From the human T2T-CHM13v2.0 reference genome, Homo sapiens, in assembly GCF_009914755.1 (NCBI RefSeq), contig NC_060931.1: a DNA stretch of 64,000 bases; one strand, written 5' to 3'. Shown one piece after another: positions 29,050-41,375 of this stretch. The notes under the pieces were generated by a model that saw only the letters and a list, made by a program, of their open reading frames with translations, was not told where the DNA came from and ran no database searches. The position numbers and the translations under genes are program-made. The first letter of the stretch is position 1, and each line of letters begins with the position of its first letter.

Positions 29050-29720
29050 TTTCTCCTTTCACTTGGGCTGGAAGGCTGTGATTGTCCTTAACTCTCGGCA
29101 TCCAGTAAGTCTGAGGTCTGCTTGTTTCCCCTCCTTGAAAGCCCTCAAAACTCTCCCCTCCATTCCAGGTGGGCAGGTCTTCTTATCTCTCACCTGGACT
29201 GATATGAAGCACCTGCCAGAGTTTCTCCACTTGCTCTTCCTCCTAGACAAGGCTGCCAGGACTAACTTCAGAGCCAAGGGCTGATTTTGTCTTTTCTCTG
29301 CTCCGAAATCTTTCCTGACTCTCCACTGTTCACTAATGGCTTTGTGGCCTGCTTTCATCCCCGCCCTCCACCCACTCTCTCTTGTATACTCTCAGCCAAA
29401 AACCAATAACTTCCCACTCCCCTGATATTCCTCCAACATTTCTCTTAACTTTGCTCAAGCTGTTCTCTCCCTTATACTCGCTCTGCCTCTTGAAATCCTT
29501 CCCATCCTTCAAAAGCCAAGTAAAATGCCCCTTATCCAGAACAACTTTTAGCATTTCTGCATCCTACAAAATCCTGCATTCCTACTGTCACACAGACCAC
29601 ATTCTGTCCTGGGTTAATTGTCATGGTCTTTTAACTAGATTATAGGCAACTTGAGAATAGGGCCTGTGCGCTGTTCACCATTAATGCTTTTACATAGCAG
29701 CTATTTGAAAATTTTTACTA
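29050..29720 (+). mobile_element. L2 fragment
   Basis: Pyrimidine-rich L2 3' region ending ctagattataggcaacttgagaatagggcc. Confidence 0.55.
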
Positions 29721-29948
29721 TACTAAATTAAGGAGGTTTGCCTATGTGAGTGCTCTTTTTAGCTCACATAGCCCCTAAAATAACTTTCTAAACCATTAGA
29801 TCCAATTTTTTAAACTGACATCTGCATTTTTTAAATCATAAATTTAAATATTACAAAGAATGTATTTCCTCTTGTATGCATGCATGCCTTAAATATATTT
29901 TCATTTAAACCTGAAATCAAGTAATTATAGATTTGATGCCTTTAATCT

Positions 29949-30030
29949 CAAACTCCTGCACTCAAACGATCCTCCTGCCTCTACCTCCCAAAGTGCTGGG
30001 ATTTCAGCTGTGAGCCACCATGCCCGGCCA
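29949..30030 (-). mobile_element. 3'-truncated tailless Alu (5' ~80 nt) with 15-bp TSD
   Basis: tgatgcctttaatct at 29934-29948 and 30031-30045. Confidence 0.85.
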
Positions 30031-30405
30031 TGATGCCTTTAATCTATGGAAAATATGTGCTATATAATCTCATTGGCAGAGCTAGTCTAAGTGGTCAAGG
30101 CAGACAAATAGCCAATCACACGTTCAATCAGAAATCTGACTTTATTTGAAAACTCATATACATGTAGGTGCCAATTCTGAGATCACCAGGAACTCTGCCT
30201 GGGCTCCTCCATCAAAGAAGGTGTTGCCCACTTAACTATTTCTTACTGCTGAGGGCTGCATTCACCAATTGTCTCTTTAATTCCCTAGAAGTTTTTACAC
30301 CATAATGCACCAGTGTCAAATGCAGGACAGGTGATAGATGGAGCTTTTCCTTGCCATGTAAAGGGCCCTTGTATAGAGCAGGTGGACATGCACACAGCCT
30401 GCTAG

Positions 30406-30894
<489 letters not shown>

Positions 30895-32928
30895 CAGATT
30901 TAAGCTTTTATGAAGTCCCTGATCATTGAGTTGCCTGGGTGATCTGCTACCAAATGCCCAGCAAGGGTTTGGTTTAATTCTAGGGTGTTGCTCCATTGTT
31001 TATACCCAAATGTTCACAATCACAGCTGTTATTACCACCAATAATCATAATCTCTACACATATAACTGGGGCCCTGTATACACTAGACATGATGCAGAAC
31101 TTACTAAACACAGGACTCTTAACTATGTTAAGACTTGGAAACTATATTCTTGTGATTTTACAGGCATCCTGTCTGGCACTATAGTTGTCTGAAACAGAAA
31201 TGTCTGTTAAATCCAAATTCTTTCAGCAAAGAGGTCATTTGATTTTGCCATGACTTTGGCCTGAAATACAGCAGTATCAGGGGAGCAGGGGCAGGTTACT
31301 TAGGGGAGCCCCAAGTTTACATAATTTTGGGGGAAACATTAAAAAGAGAATATAAACTTTCAAGTAAGATTCAGGGCCCATGCAAGCGTCAGTTTCTATA
31401 GATTTACAGCAGATCCACGTCTACTGCAGAAATACAATCAGGTTTCTGGTGGCGTGTCTCATGCTTGGAATACACATTTGAGGCGATTCCTGGCATGTGT
31501 GTACCCCAGTAGCCACAGGGTTTACCACCTCTGGGGGCTGTGCCTCCACTGCTTGGAAGGTGACCCAGGCCCTGATGAAAACAATGGGTTCTCCTGCCAA
31601 ATGCCTGGCTGTAGTTCCAAACTGATGGGCTGTGGGCCAGATGTGGCTGCATCTGGTTTGTTGTGGTACTGTTTTTTTTTTTTTTTTCCTTGCGTAGCCT
31701 TTCTTATAAATGTGAATGAAACTTGTCAAACTTTAAAAACCAAAAAATTTCAAATAAAGACCTGATTTTTTTTTTCTTCCTTCTCTTGAGAAGTTGGAAT
31801 ACTGTTCCGTACTGGACTTGACAAACAAGGAGCTTTAGAGGAAGGCACACTCGCCCTTTGGCCAGTCCCCATCTGAGTCCCTCCTCTGTTCAGAGTTTCC
31901 TGCCTATACCTTGGAGACATGAATTCATGATAAGGCCCTGTTCAAGCCAGCAGGGGCCTTGCTGGCTTCCCCCTAGTTCCTGCCTTATCCCTATCCTAGT
32001 CCTTTGATCTCTGGCTTCCTATCTTTTGGTGTCTTAGTAATTTGTATTTCTTATTTTAAAATAAGTAGTGCAGGATGAATATTTATATTCCATTTAAACA
32101 ACATTTTTGTATAGGTCTTTTTCAGCTTGCACTGGCCCATTCTCAGATTACTTCATAAAGAACTACATGTGTTACAAATTTCATAATTTTTGTGTTCCAT
32201 TTTATACATCACCTCTTTCCTTTTATAAAAATGATGCACGATATTAAAAATTTTGTATTGGAATGAAAGATGGACAGTTTGGGAACTTTAGGCCTCCTAC
32301 TGACAGGTGGAGAGGAGGATCTTGATTAGCGTTGAACTGTTCCTTCCGATCGTCAACTCCTCGATGGCAGGGTTGTAATCACCCAAGGGCCAAGCAGAAC
32401 TCTCCCTTCCTACCACAGGCATCGCAATACATGACAAAAGCTATATTCAACCATTCATTTTGGACCAGTTCACTGCTGCTTGCTATGTTGGCTTCTGCAT
32501 GAACTCCTTGGGATTTTGCATGAGAAAATTTCAGAATTAAAAGGAAAAAATGTGATGGAATTTATTACAGATGGATACTTTAAATCCTTTTTGAAAAAAG
32601 GTAAAGTATCGATCAATGTAGCAAGCAACAGAAATATACAGCCAATTCATGAATGATGTAGTAACCTGACAAGCAAATATCAACAAGACTGAGAAAACTG
32701 TTTACTTAGGCCAAAAAAGCCAATGATCTTTCCCATGTAATGCCACTGCTTTTAGATTCAAGTTTCAAAAAAGTCCTATTTGGGGCATTAAAACTTATAC
32801 TTCCAAAAATAAAAAAAGTCGATGAAAACTGCAGTTTTGAAAAACTAAGTTAACCCCCAGTAATAATCTATTTCAAATTAACACACAGCCTATATAGTTG
32901 GAAAAAGAAAAGATTTTTGGATATATAT

Positions 32929-32934
32929 TTTATT
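32929..32934 (-). terminator. distal polyadenylation signal AATAAA
   Basis: Plus-strand tttatt; GU-rich element ~45 nt downstream on the minus strand. Confidence 0.75.
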
Positions 32935-34668
32935 TGACAGTGTTTTAGAATATCATACAGTAAACAAGATTTCTGTAAAAGTTAATTTATCCATAGTGGT
33001 ACGTTTCATAAAAATAGTTGCTCACTTACAGTCTTTCTGTGACTATTAATACATGGAATTATATTTATAGAGATACAGCTGTACAGGGTAAATTCACAGC
33101 TAACACTACACAAATATTATTTGGAATGGGATTTAGATGATGTGCTGTCTTCACAGGTTATGGATTACAGCCGCATAAAGCAATTACTGCACAAGTAGTA
33201 GCTGTGAACTGTGCAAACTAGAGTTTATGCCAGTGTAATCTCAATTTTTTTTTCCTTTTGTAATACATGGAAAATAAAGTCAGAGGATACAGTACCAGGA
33301 CGTGCAGCTACACTACAGAAGCATTGTCCAAAACCAGATTCAATAAATTAATGGCAAACTATACTGGATTTCTAGTCCAGGGGAGAAAGACTAATTGAGA
33401 TTAAACCAAAAGCATTATAAACTGCTACAAGTGTTTGTGCTTTTGTTTACGATGAATGGGTTTCATTTTTGGAAATTGCTTTTACAAGCTGCAAGATCCT
33501 TCACTTGAGGCTTTCAGCCTTATTCTCCTCCTGTCAAACAACTAAACTACTCCGATGTTTGATGAAAATTAAACTGCTACTCAGGATACTGCAATTACAA
33601 GGAGAGGGAATGATCAGCCCAGGGAGGCTATTACGTGTGACCTTTGAGATGGACCTGATCGCCCCTTTTACTTTTTAGACTACAAGTGCAGGGAGGTGGA
33701 GCTTATTTGCATTTGAACTCCTGTAAAGAGTAAGAATATGGAAAGGATGAAGCCTCATTCATTCGGGCATATTAAAAAGAAATTGCCTTCAGAAACACTT
33801 TGCCTTTTAATATGTGTAGCTACAGTAAGTACCAATGGCTAACTAATTGAAGCTAACATTTTACAAAGAAATGCTAAAACAGCAGGGAAGAAAGGCAAGA
33901 CTTAGAATTTTACTAGGAGGTCAATCATAGATCCATGAAGATAAACATCTAGAAGTTGCTAACAAAATAAAGTGGCAAGGAATACAAGACGAAAGAAAAC
34001 TAATGGAAACAAAAGGACAAAGGGTAAGGAAAGAAGGATAAGCAGAAAGGAATGCTAAAAAGACTCACGTTCTTTAATGAAAATAAATTGATTGTAATTT
34101 TTTAATATTATAATCTGAGAAATATAAGACAAATACTCTGCCTCTGCTCTGTCAAAGTGCAAATGAAGTCATGGAGACAGGGTTTAAAATAAGACAATAA
34201 AATAAGTGAAATCACATTGCTGACAAAGAAGCTATCCATCTCTGCTAGCCTGGGACGACAGAAAAGCCTCTTCATAAAGGAACTGCAGCGTTGCCTATCT
34301 TGATTAAACAAATTGTGGTCCTTCAATTATAAAATTCATATTTTAGAGAAAAACCAATTAAGATCTATGAGCTAAACTGCAAAATTCTGACTTATGGCAA
34401 ACTGTTCCCTAGGATACAATTTTTAAAACCTTTTTTTTCTACCACTGAAAATGTACAGAAATATGATTTGATCACAGAAAGGGCAATAAAAATGGCATCA
34501 CACCAAGAAACTCACTAGATTTCTAAGTCATCCTGCAGGAGGCAGGGAACGCTGCTGCTAACACCGAGGATGGATGCCAAGGGTGAGCCATGGAAACATG
34601 TCATGGGTGAACGGTTCCGAATGTGTCAAAGAAACCCTTTAACCCCTGTCTAGATATGTCGAGAACAA

Positions 34669-34674
34669 TTTATT
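34669..34674 (-). terminator. candidate proximal polyadenylation signal AATAAA
   Basis: Minus strand GTTGTAAATAAATTGTTCTC, ~480 nt after the stop, with UGUA immediately upstream. Confidence 0.5.
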
Positions 34675-35152
34675 TACAACGCTTTAGATCAATTAAAAGA
34701 TATAATCTTGTCTCAGTTTCAGCTTGCTCCGTGCAGTTTGATTTTTAAGGCGATATTCCAGTTTGTGATTGCTCTTAACTTTGTCCTGTTTCTTGATATA
34801 AAGTTTGGATGACATCCAAGTCCTTCATGCAGTGGGGAGGAATATTTTTTTTTCTTAAACTAAAGCTACACTGCACTGTCTCTCTGTGATGTTCTTCACG
34901 TTATTTTGGTTCTTCCATAGCTGCCAAAGCCCCCACAAGGGAACCGGGGGCTTTAGGATCAGTTTAGGTCTGCGCGTTGATGCGATGCCGCCCAAGCACA
35001 CCGGACACGTGGGACTTCACGTCGATGCTCCCAGGCCTTGGTGCCTCGTGGATCTATGCGTGTGACAGTGAAAATAAATTAAAACGCCGTGAGACGGAAC
35101 CTAAGAAGAACTGCCTGCGCCGGGGCGGGCGGGTTGGCCGTGGCCGCGCGGC

Positions 35153-35814
35153 TCATCTGCTGGCGGCCGAGGCGCCGGGTTTGAGGACGCTGGGCAGCTT
35201 GTCAGAACCCGGCACCTTCCAGGGCCCCGGCGCGACGGCGGCCTTGCGCGCCGGGGCGCCCCCCGGGGGTCGCGGGCCCGGCCGGGGACCCGCGCGCGCA
35301 CCCGCCCTGCCCTCGGCCTCCAGCGCGCCGCTGCCGCCGCCGCCCGGGCCGGCAAACGCCGGCGCAGCCCCCGGGCCTTCGCGCCGGCAGAGCTCGGAGC
35401 CCGCCGCCGCACGGGGCGCCTCCTTCCCGCCCGCCCGCGCCGCGTCCGCCGCGTCTGCCGCCGCGAGCCCGGGCGCCCTGGCCTCCGAGGCGGGCCTGCC
35501 GGCCTCGGGCCGCCCCTGGCCGCCGGGCGCCTCCTCGAGCCTCGGCCGCGCGGCCCTCTGCGGACTCGCCGAGCGCTCCCTCTGCTCCCCGAGGCGCTGC
35601 TTCTTCTGGCCGCAGGCTGAAAGCTCCTTTGGTTTCCTAACGTCGTGTTCCCGTTTGATATCCCAAGTTGGGCCTGGGCTTATCTGGTGGGAAGGGTCGG
35701 AGGGTGGGGCTGGATGTGATGGAGAGAATGGAGCGAGGCCGTCGTCCAGGGAGACGCCTACTTCCGGCAGACCTGGGGCGGCGGCAGCGGGAGAACTCCA
35801 GGGGGCGGGTTCGT
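35153..35814 (-). CDS. MAGI2: MAGI2 (S-SCAM) terminal coding exon, C-terminal ~220 aa low-complexity tail
   Basis: Minus strand reads ctaac(branch)gcctgtgcttcccgtccacag|ACGAACCC. With one base from the previous exon it translates as DEPAPWSSPAAAAPGLPEVGVSLDDGLAPFSPSHPAPPSDPSHQISPGPTWDIKREHDVRKPKELSACGQKKQR...RKAAVAPGPWKVPGSDKLPSVLKPGASAASR*, with TGA at 35153-35155. 662 nt + 1 = 221 codons. Recognised from memory as the human MAGI2 C-terminus. Confidence 0.93.
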
Positions 35815-35840
35815 CTGTGGACGGGAAGCACAGGCGTTAG
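35815..35840 (-). promoter_or_regulatory. 3' splice site and branch point of the MAGI2 last intron
   Basis: CTAAC (35840-35836), a pyrimidine-rich tract, then CAG. Confidence 0.85.
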
Positions 35841-36321
35841 CAGTGGCGCACGCAGGACGTCCCCGTGCCCTCTCTACGCCGGGGACAGGGGCAGGCAGCT
35901 GGGGCGATTGCTCTCAGGGGCCGGAGCCACCGCCGCCCCCACCCCCACCCCCACCCTCACTGCCGAGAGGGCAGCGGCCGCGCCCCCGGGGATTTGGGGG
36001 TTCCCTCCGCCCCGCTTAGCCCCCACGCCCCGAACCTCGTCCGTGGACCGGGGAGGCCAACGCGAAGCCCAGGCCTAATCCCTTCGCCTTGGCCCTGCTA
36101 ACTTCCGGGGGTGTTCTCGGGCCTGATAGTCCTGTATAGACAGCTCACTTGACAGCCCTTGAATAAATGGGTCTCCAACTCGAGTAGACCTTGGAATCAC
36201 CAGGGTGGTGGTGAAAAATACAGATTCCCCGGGAGGAGCAGGCCCGGAGGTTTCAGCAGCACGGGGCCCAGGAAGTCCTCTGTATTTTTATCAGGCACCC
36301 ATTCTGAAAAAGGTGGCCTAG

Positions 36322-36511
36322 CAGGGGTGTCCAATCTTTTGGCTTCTTTGGGCTACATTAGAATTGTCTTGGGCTACACATAAAATACACTAACGATAGC
36401 TGATGGGCTCAAAAAAAAAAGGTCCATGCATAAATCTCATAATCTTTTAAGAAAGTTTACAAATTTGTGTTGGGTCACATTCAAAGCTGGAGGCGGGTTG
36501 GACAAGCTTGG
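36322..36511 (+). mobile_element. MER30 (hAT) inside a MER5-like element
   Basis: caggggtgtccaatcttttggc...ttggacaagcttg termini. Confidence 0.8.
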
Positions 36512-38924
36512 TTTAGAGCCAAGCTTTGAGAAACACTGGTCTGGGTTCTCTGGAAGTTGGGAAGTGACGTTCTCAACCAGTAGGTGTCACTCAAAGCATA
36601 TTCCTAGCTGCTGTCAGTTTCAGAATTTGGATAAATACATTTTAAAACGATCATTTTTTAAAAAAAATCGTCCTTAATTCCATTTTTTTTCTTTGCCAAG
36701 TCCGGATGGAACTTAATTCTTTTTAGTACTTCTAACATTATGGAGGGCCCCAGGACTAAGATAATTCTTTCTAGGAAGTCTAGTTCCAACATTTACTTAG
36801 GATTTAAGTTACCTACTTCCAAAAAGGATTTAAGACAATTGACAACATCAAAACACATATAAAACAATGATTAAAATGAGAGATGACTTTTTTTTTAAAG
36901 CAACAGCTGGTCAGAGGCCAAGTAGAAGGACAGATGTATTAGGAATCTGAGATGAGTTAGCTGCTACTGTGAGCAACAACAGTTCCCTGGAGCTTCTGGC
37001 CACTAAGGGGAAATGAAAGCAGGGAAATCCAATTACTGTGAATCCTTGATATTTGTAAGAAATATGTCTCATGACCTTGGAAATGCTCAAATTTTGTGAT
37101 ATTCTAGAGTGTAATTTTTCTTCCACAGAATTGGTATATGGTCATGAGTGGAGAACGAAGAAACCACATTGATAGATTTGAATTCTGGGTGCCAGGTGAG
37201 CCTCCCTCACTAGCTAAAAGATTCAGTCCCACACAGCAACCTCAGTGCATGTGATTCAAGCTCTTGCCTCTGTAACGTGTCAGAGGCTGTCAGTGATACT
37301 TGTGCATACTCAGTCCATTAATGTCCAGGGTCTACTTTGTTTGAAACTTGAGGGTTCTTATATAGTACCTTTGATACTGATTTATAAAGCAATAAGGAGA
37401 GGAAAAGGGCAGTGGCAATGGTTTTCCCAATAATTCTGGCCATCTTTAGAATGGCAAATCAAAAACGTTTCTCATTCTATGTGAAATTCGAATGGAACAT
37501 TTTGGGCATAATGTTAACCTTCCTTCTTCCATACACTGATGTCCATTATCATTTTCACATGGTAAAATCCTAGAAGTCCTGGAATCTAATCCTGGCTCTG
37601 GCATGTATTTACTGGTGACGTGATTTTGGACCAACAACTAAATCTCTCTGAGCCTCAATTTCTTCCTTTATAAGATGGGGATAAAATATCCAACTTTACG
37701 GATGTGAGACATACACTTTCTAAGGGAAAGCACTTTGCAATGGGAGGGTCAATCATATTTTTCTTCTGTACCCCACCTGCTGCCTACTTATGGATTGGGC
37801 TCCTGTGGAAGCCGCCTCATTAACTAGTACCTTTGCAGGTGAGGTTTTGAATAAGTGCAATAAGGCAGTCATTTCCAGGTGCTGTGATTCCCAGGTGTCA
37901 TTTTGCTACACCTCAGGTATCCTTGGTTACCTTAAGGAATAGTCTGAAATCCTCAAAGGCAAATATATCCAATGAAAATGAGAATGTGTTCTACTTTTGG
38001 GTGGGTTAGAGTTTAAAATCAGACTAACAAATGATAAGTGGTGGCAATCCACCCATCTAGCGAGATACAGCTTAGAAGAGTTAAAAAGTGGTCTTCAAAA
38101 GGCCTAACTAGAGGGTAGCTTGTGCAACAGTGATCTCTGACTTGGACCATGGTAATGATATTTCACATTTTAATAGCTCTTTTCCCCATCATTACATCAC
38201 ATATGGTAGAGTTAATTAGCTGGCCTCAAATTACTTCTTAGATAAGGGGAGAAGGTTGATATTACTCACACCATTTCCTGAAGGAGGAATTGAAGTAGAG
38301 AGAGGTTAACTAACTTGACCAAGATTACAAAATGGGCCAGTTAGGAGTAAAAATTTGGGTTTCTTTACTCTTTTTACTTAGAAACTGTCCCAAGATGTTA
38401 CCTTGCAAATAGGATTAAAGTATGTGAAATGGGCAAGAACAGTGGCCACTGCCAACCAACAGGAACCAGATCTTATCCTTAAGCAGAAGACTTAGCATTT
38501 ATTTCTGAACATCTTACTACATATCTGGCATTGAACTGGAGAGTTCCTATCCAGAAAAATGAAAAAATATTCATCCATCCATCATTAGTTGGCTTCAAAT
38601 TACTTCTGAGATTCAGGGAGACACTCTTTTCTTTCCCTCCTCCAGTGATTTTTCATATCGTAAAAGGTGAAATTATTCACAAATTCAAAGATTCCTCTTA
38701 TAAAAGTTTCTCAAGAGTTTGTTTATAGATCATTAAACACTTAACAGCGGGAGAAACTAAAAACTAAAATGTTCCAAGTCACTACGGGTTAAAAATATTA
38801 ACAAGAAATTAAGATTTACTATATCACAAAGTGATTTAAAAGATGGATATCTATATGAGTGGTTGAATATTTTCATTTTTCTGCACAGGAACTCTTCAGT
38901 TCAGTACGAAACATATGGTGTCTG

Positions 38925-38970
38925 TCCAGGCACGAGCCTGCAAAGCTCCAGGCACGAGCCTGCAAAGCTC
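38925..38970. repeat. perfect 22-bp tandem duplication
   Basis: tccaggcacgagcctgcaaagc x2. Confidence 0.95.
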
Positions 38971-39602
38971 TGTAAAGCACAAGGGGCCTCTTCAGTAGGC
39001 AGCCCATATCCCACCTTGCCCTATCACCTGCCTCAGCAAGGTGACACAGATTGTGCTGGACAGGAAGAGCCCTTCTCTAAGACTGGAAAATCTAGTTTTT
39101 ATGAAATCTTGACATATAATAACCAGAAGAGTTCAATTTAGTTCTGCTTCCTTCAGACGATGTTTTTCTCCTTCCTGCCTCCCTGCCTGCCTACCTGTTT
39201 CCCTGCCTCCTCCTTCCCTCCTTCCTTCCTTGCCTCCCTTTCTCCTTTTTTGGACCTGGGCGTTGGCTAAAGTGTGTGATCATGTTCATTTATGAGGTGG
39301 TTGCCAAGGAAGATGTGCTACACAGCATCGTTCACGTTCTGAGATGCTCTAACTACAATTAGAAATAATAGAGACCCATCCTAGAAGGATGAAATCAGCC
39401 ATATCTGGCCTGCTGGGATTTATGCAGCCCCTTTGTCCAATGTCCCCAGGCCCAGTGGCTAAAATTAAGAAGGAAAATCCTTTCATTCCAAACTGGCTTC
39501 CTCAGCCTGCCCTCTCCACCACTACCCTGGTGAAACTGCTCTAGTCAAGGTTGCCGATGACCTTTCTGATGTGAAATCCAGAGGACTCTGTATTCAACTT
39601 AA

Positions 39603-39926
39603 CATAGTTGGCCCTCCACATCTGTGGGTTCTACATCTGCAAATTCAACCAAATGAGGATGGAAAATATTTGGGAAAAATACAAAATAACAATACAACGA
39701 TTAAAGGTAATACAAATTAAAAACACAGTACAGCAGTTGTTGACATAGCACTTACATTGTGTTGGGTATTATAAATGACCTAGAGATGATTTAAAGTATT
39801 TGGGAGGATGTATGTAGGTTATATGCAAATACTATACCAGTTCATATAAGGGACTTGAGCATCTGAACATTTTGATATTTGTGGGGGTCCAGGAACCAAT
39901 CCCCCAGAAACTAAAGGATGACTATA
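39603..39926 (+). mobile_element. MER2 (Tigger-derived) inside L2
   Basis: tagttggccctccacatctgtgggttc...ggaaccaatccccc...aaggatgactata. Confidence 0.8.
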
Positions 39927-39929
39927 TCT

Positions 39930-41375
39930 TACCACATTTTCACACAGCTGACTACTTCCATTAACAAACTGGACTCTTGGTTGTCAGGACACCCCATTCT
40001 CCTGCTTTTTATCCTACTTCTGGCAGTTTCTCCTCAATTTACTTTGCAGATTCCTCTTATTTTACCTGACTTCTTTAGGGCTTGGTCTTACATAGTTTTC
40101 TTTCTCTGCATTCCCTCCTAGGTGTTTTCATTATTCATGTAGCTTTTATATAACAATACTCCCAAATGTTTCTGCTGAGCTCTGCCAGCTGTACACTGGT
40201 ATATCCATCTGCCTTCTCGATGTCCACTTGGACAGTTCATCGGCTTCTTTAATAAGTCCAAATAGAAATCTTTTCCCCCAAACCTATCCTGGACTCTCTC
40301 CCTTATTTCCCCATGTTGGTGAATGGTACAGTCATCACTTGGAGTCATCCTTGATTCCTTTCTCTCCCTTACTGCACAAATACAACCCACCTGCAAGACT
40401 TATTAGTCTTATCTTCAAATATATGTGAACCCTGTCAACTTATCTTCACCTTCACTTTCACCGCCCTAATTCAAAATATGGGGATTTCCTGGAAGGATGC
40501 AACCAATGTGGGCTGCTGAAGACACAATTGAAAGAGGGCCACGTGTGGACATCTTTCATAAACCCTTGGGGATACTGTTGAAGACAGAAATTTCTAAAAT
40601 GAATTTCAGTGCTATTCAGAAAAGAGAAGTATAGTCTACCATGAACCACATACCCTCCCCAGGGCAACTAACCTAATTACCCTACTCAAGGGATTGGCCT
40701 GCCAAGCTATCATTTCTCACATGGGCTACAAGAACCCACTCTTCTTTCATTCTACTCTTGCCCACCTCCAGTGATTATCTGTATAACATTCACAGCTATC
40801 TCTTTGAGACATAAGTTAGATCATGCCATTCCCTTGCTTGAACACTCAATGGATCCCCACTGCTCTTAGATCAAAATCCAAAATGATTTAACATAGCCTA
40901 AAAAAGCCTGCATGATCTGGCCCCTGCCAGCCTCCCCAGCTTCATTTCCCCTCATTGCCTATTCTCCACCCACACTGGTCTTCGTTCAGTTCTTCAAATG
41001 CTCCAAGCTCACTTTCTATTCTGGGACATCATTGTTGACTTCTCTGCTGGAGGAAGGCTTCCCCACAACTATCTAAAAAGAACATGGCGGGTTCTTTTTC
41101 ATCCTTCAGGACTCTTAATATCATCCCAGAGAACTCCAATCTACAGTAGATACTACACCCCCCTCAGCAGCTTCTCGATTTTATTTCGTTTTAGTAATTA
41201 TAATGTGTAATTATACTTTTGCTTGCTTATTTGATAAACATCAGTCTCAAATGCTAGCTGTAAGCTTCATAAGGGCAATGACCACATTGGCCTTGTTTAT
41301 CACAGTGTATTTAATAACTAGCATAGCCCTCGACACAAAAATAAGTGCTTGATGAATATTTGATGAGTGAATACA
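39930..41375 (+). mobile_element. L2 fragments
   Basis: L2-like pyrimidine-rich segments ending aagtgcttgatgaatatttgatgagtgaat. Confidence 0.6.

Larger units (their letters stand above)
32893..35152 (-). other. MAGI2: MAGI2 3' UTR (long form)
   Basis: AT-rich stretch with no recognisable repeats following the stop codon. It ends after minus-strand AATAAA at 32929-32934, with a downstream TGTGTGT element (plus acacaca ~32881-32887). The exact cleavage site is approximate. Confidence 0.8.
34970..36130. promoter_or_regulatory. CpG island over the MAGI2 terminal exon
   Basis: Very GC- and CpG-dense ~1.1 kb compared with CpG-depleted flanks. Confidence 0.9.

Noticed and set aside
35101-35412. 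103-aa minus-strand alternative-frame ORF
   Set aside because: Non-ATG start, out of frame with MAGI2, and explained by GC content.
34977-35840. 287-aa plus-strand ORF
   Set aside because: Antisense shadow of the GC-rich MAGI2 exon, with a TTG start; stop codons are scarce at this GC content.
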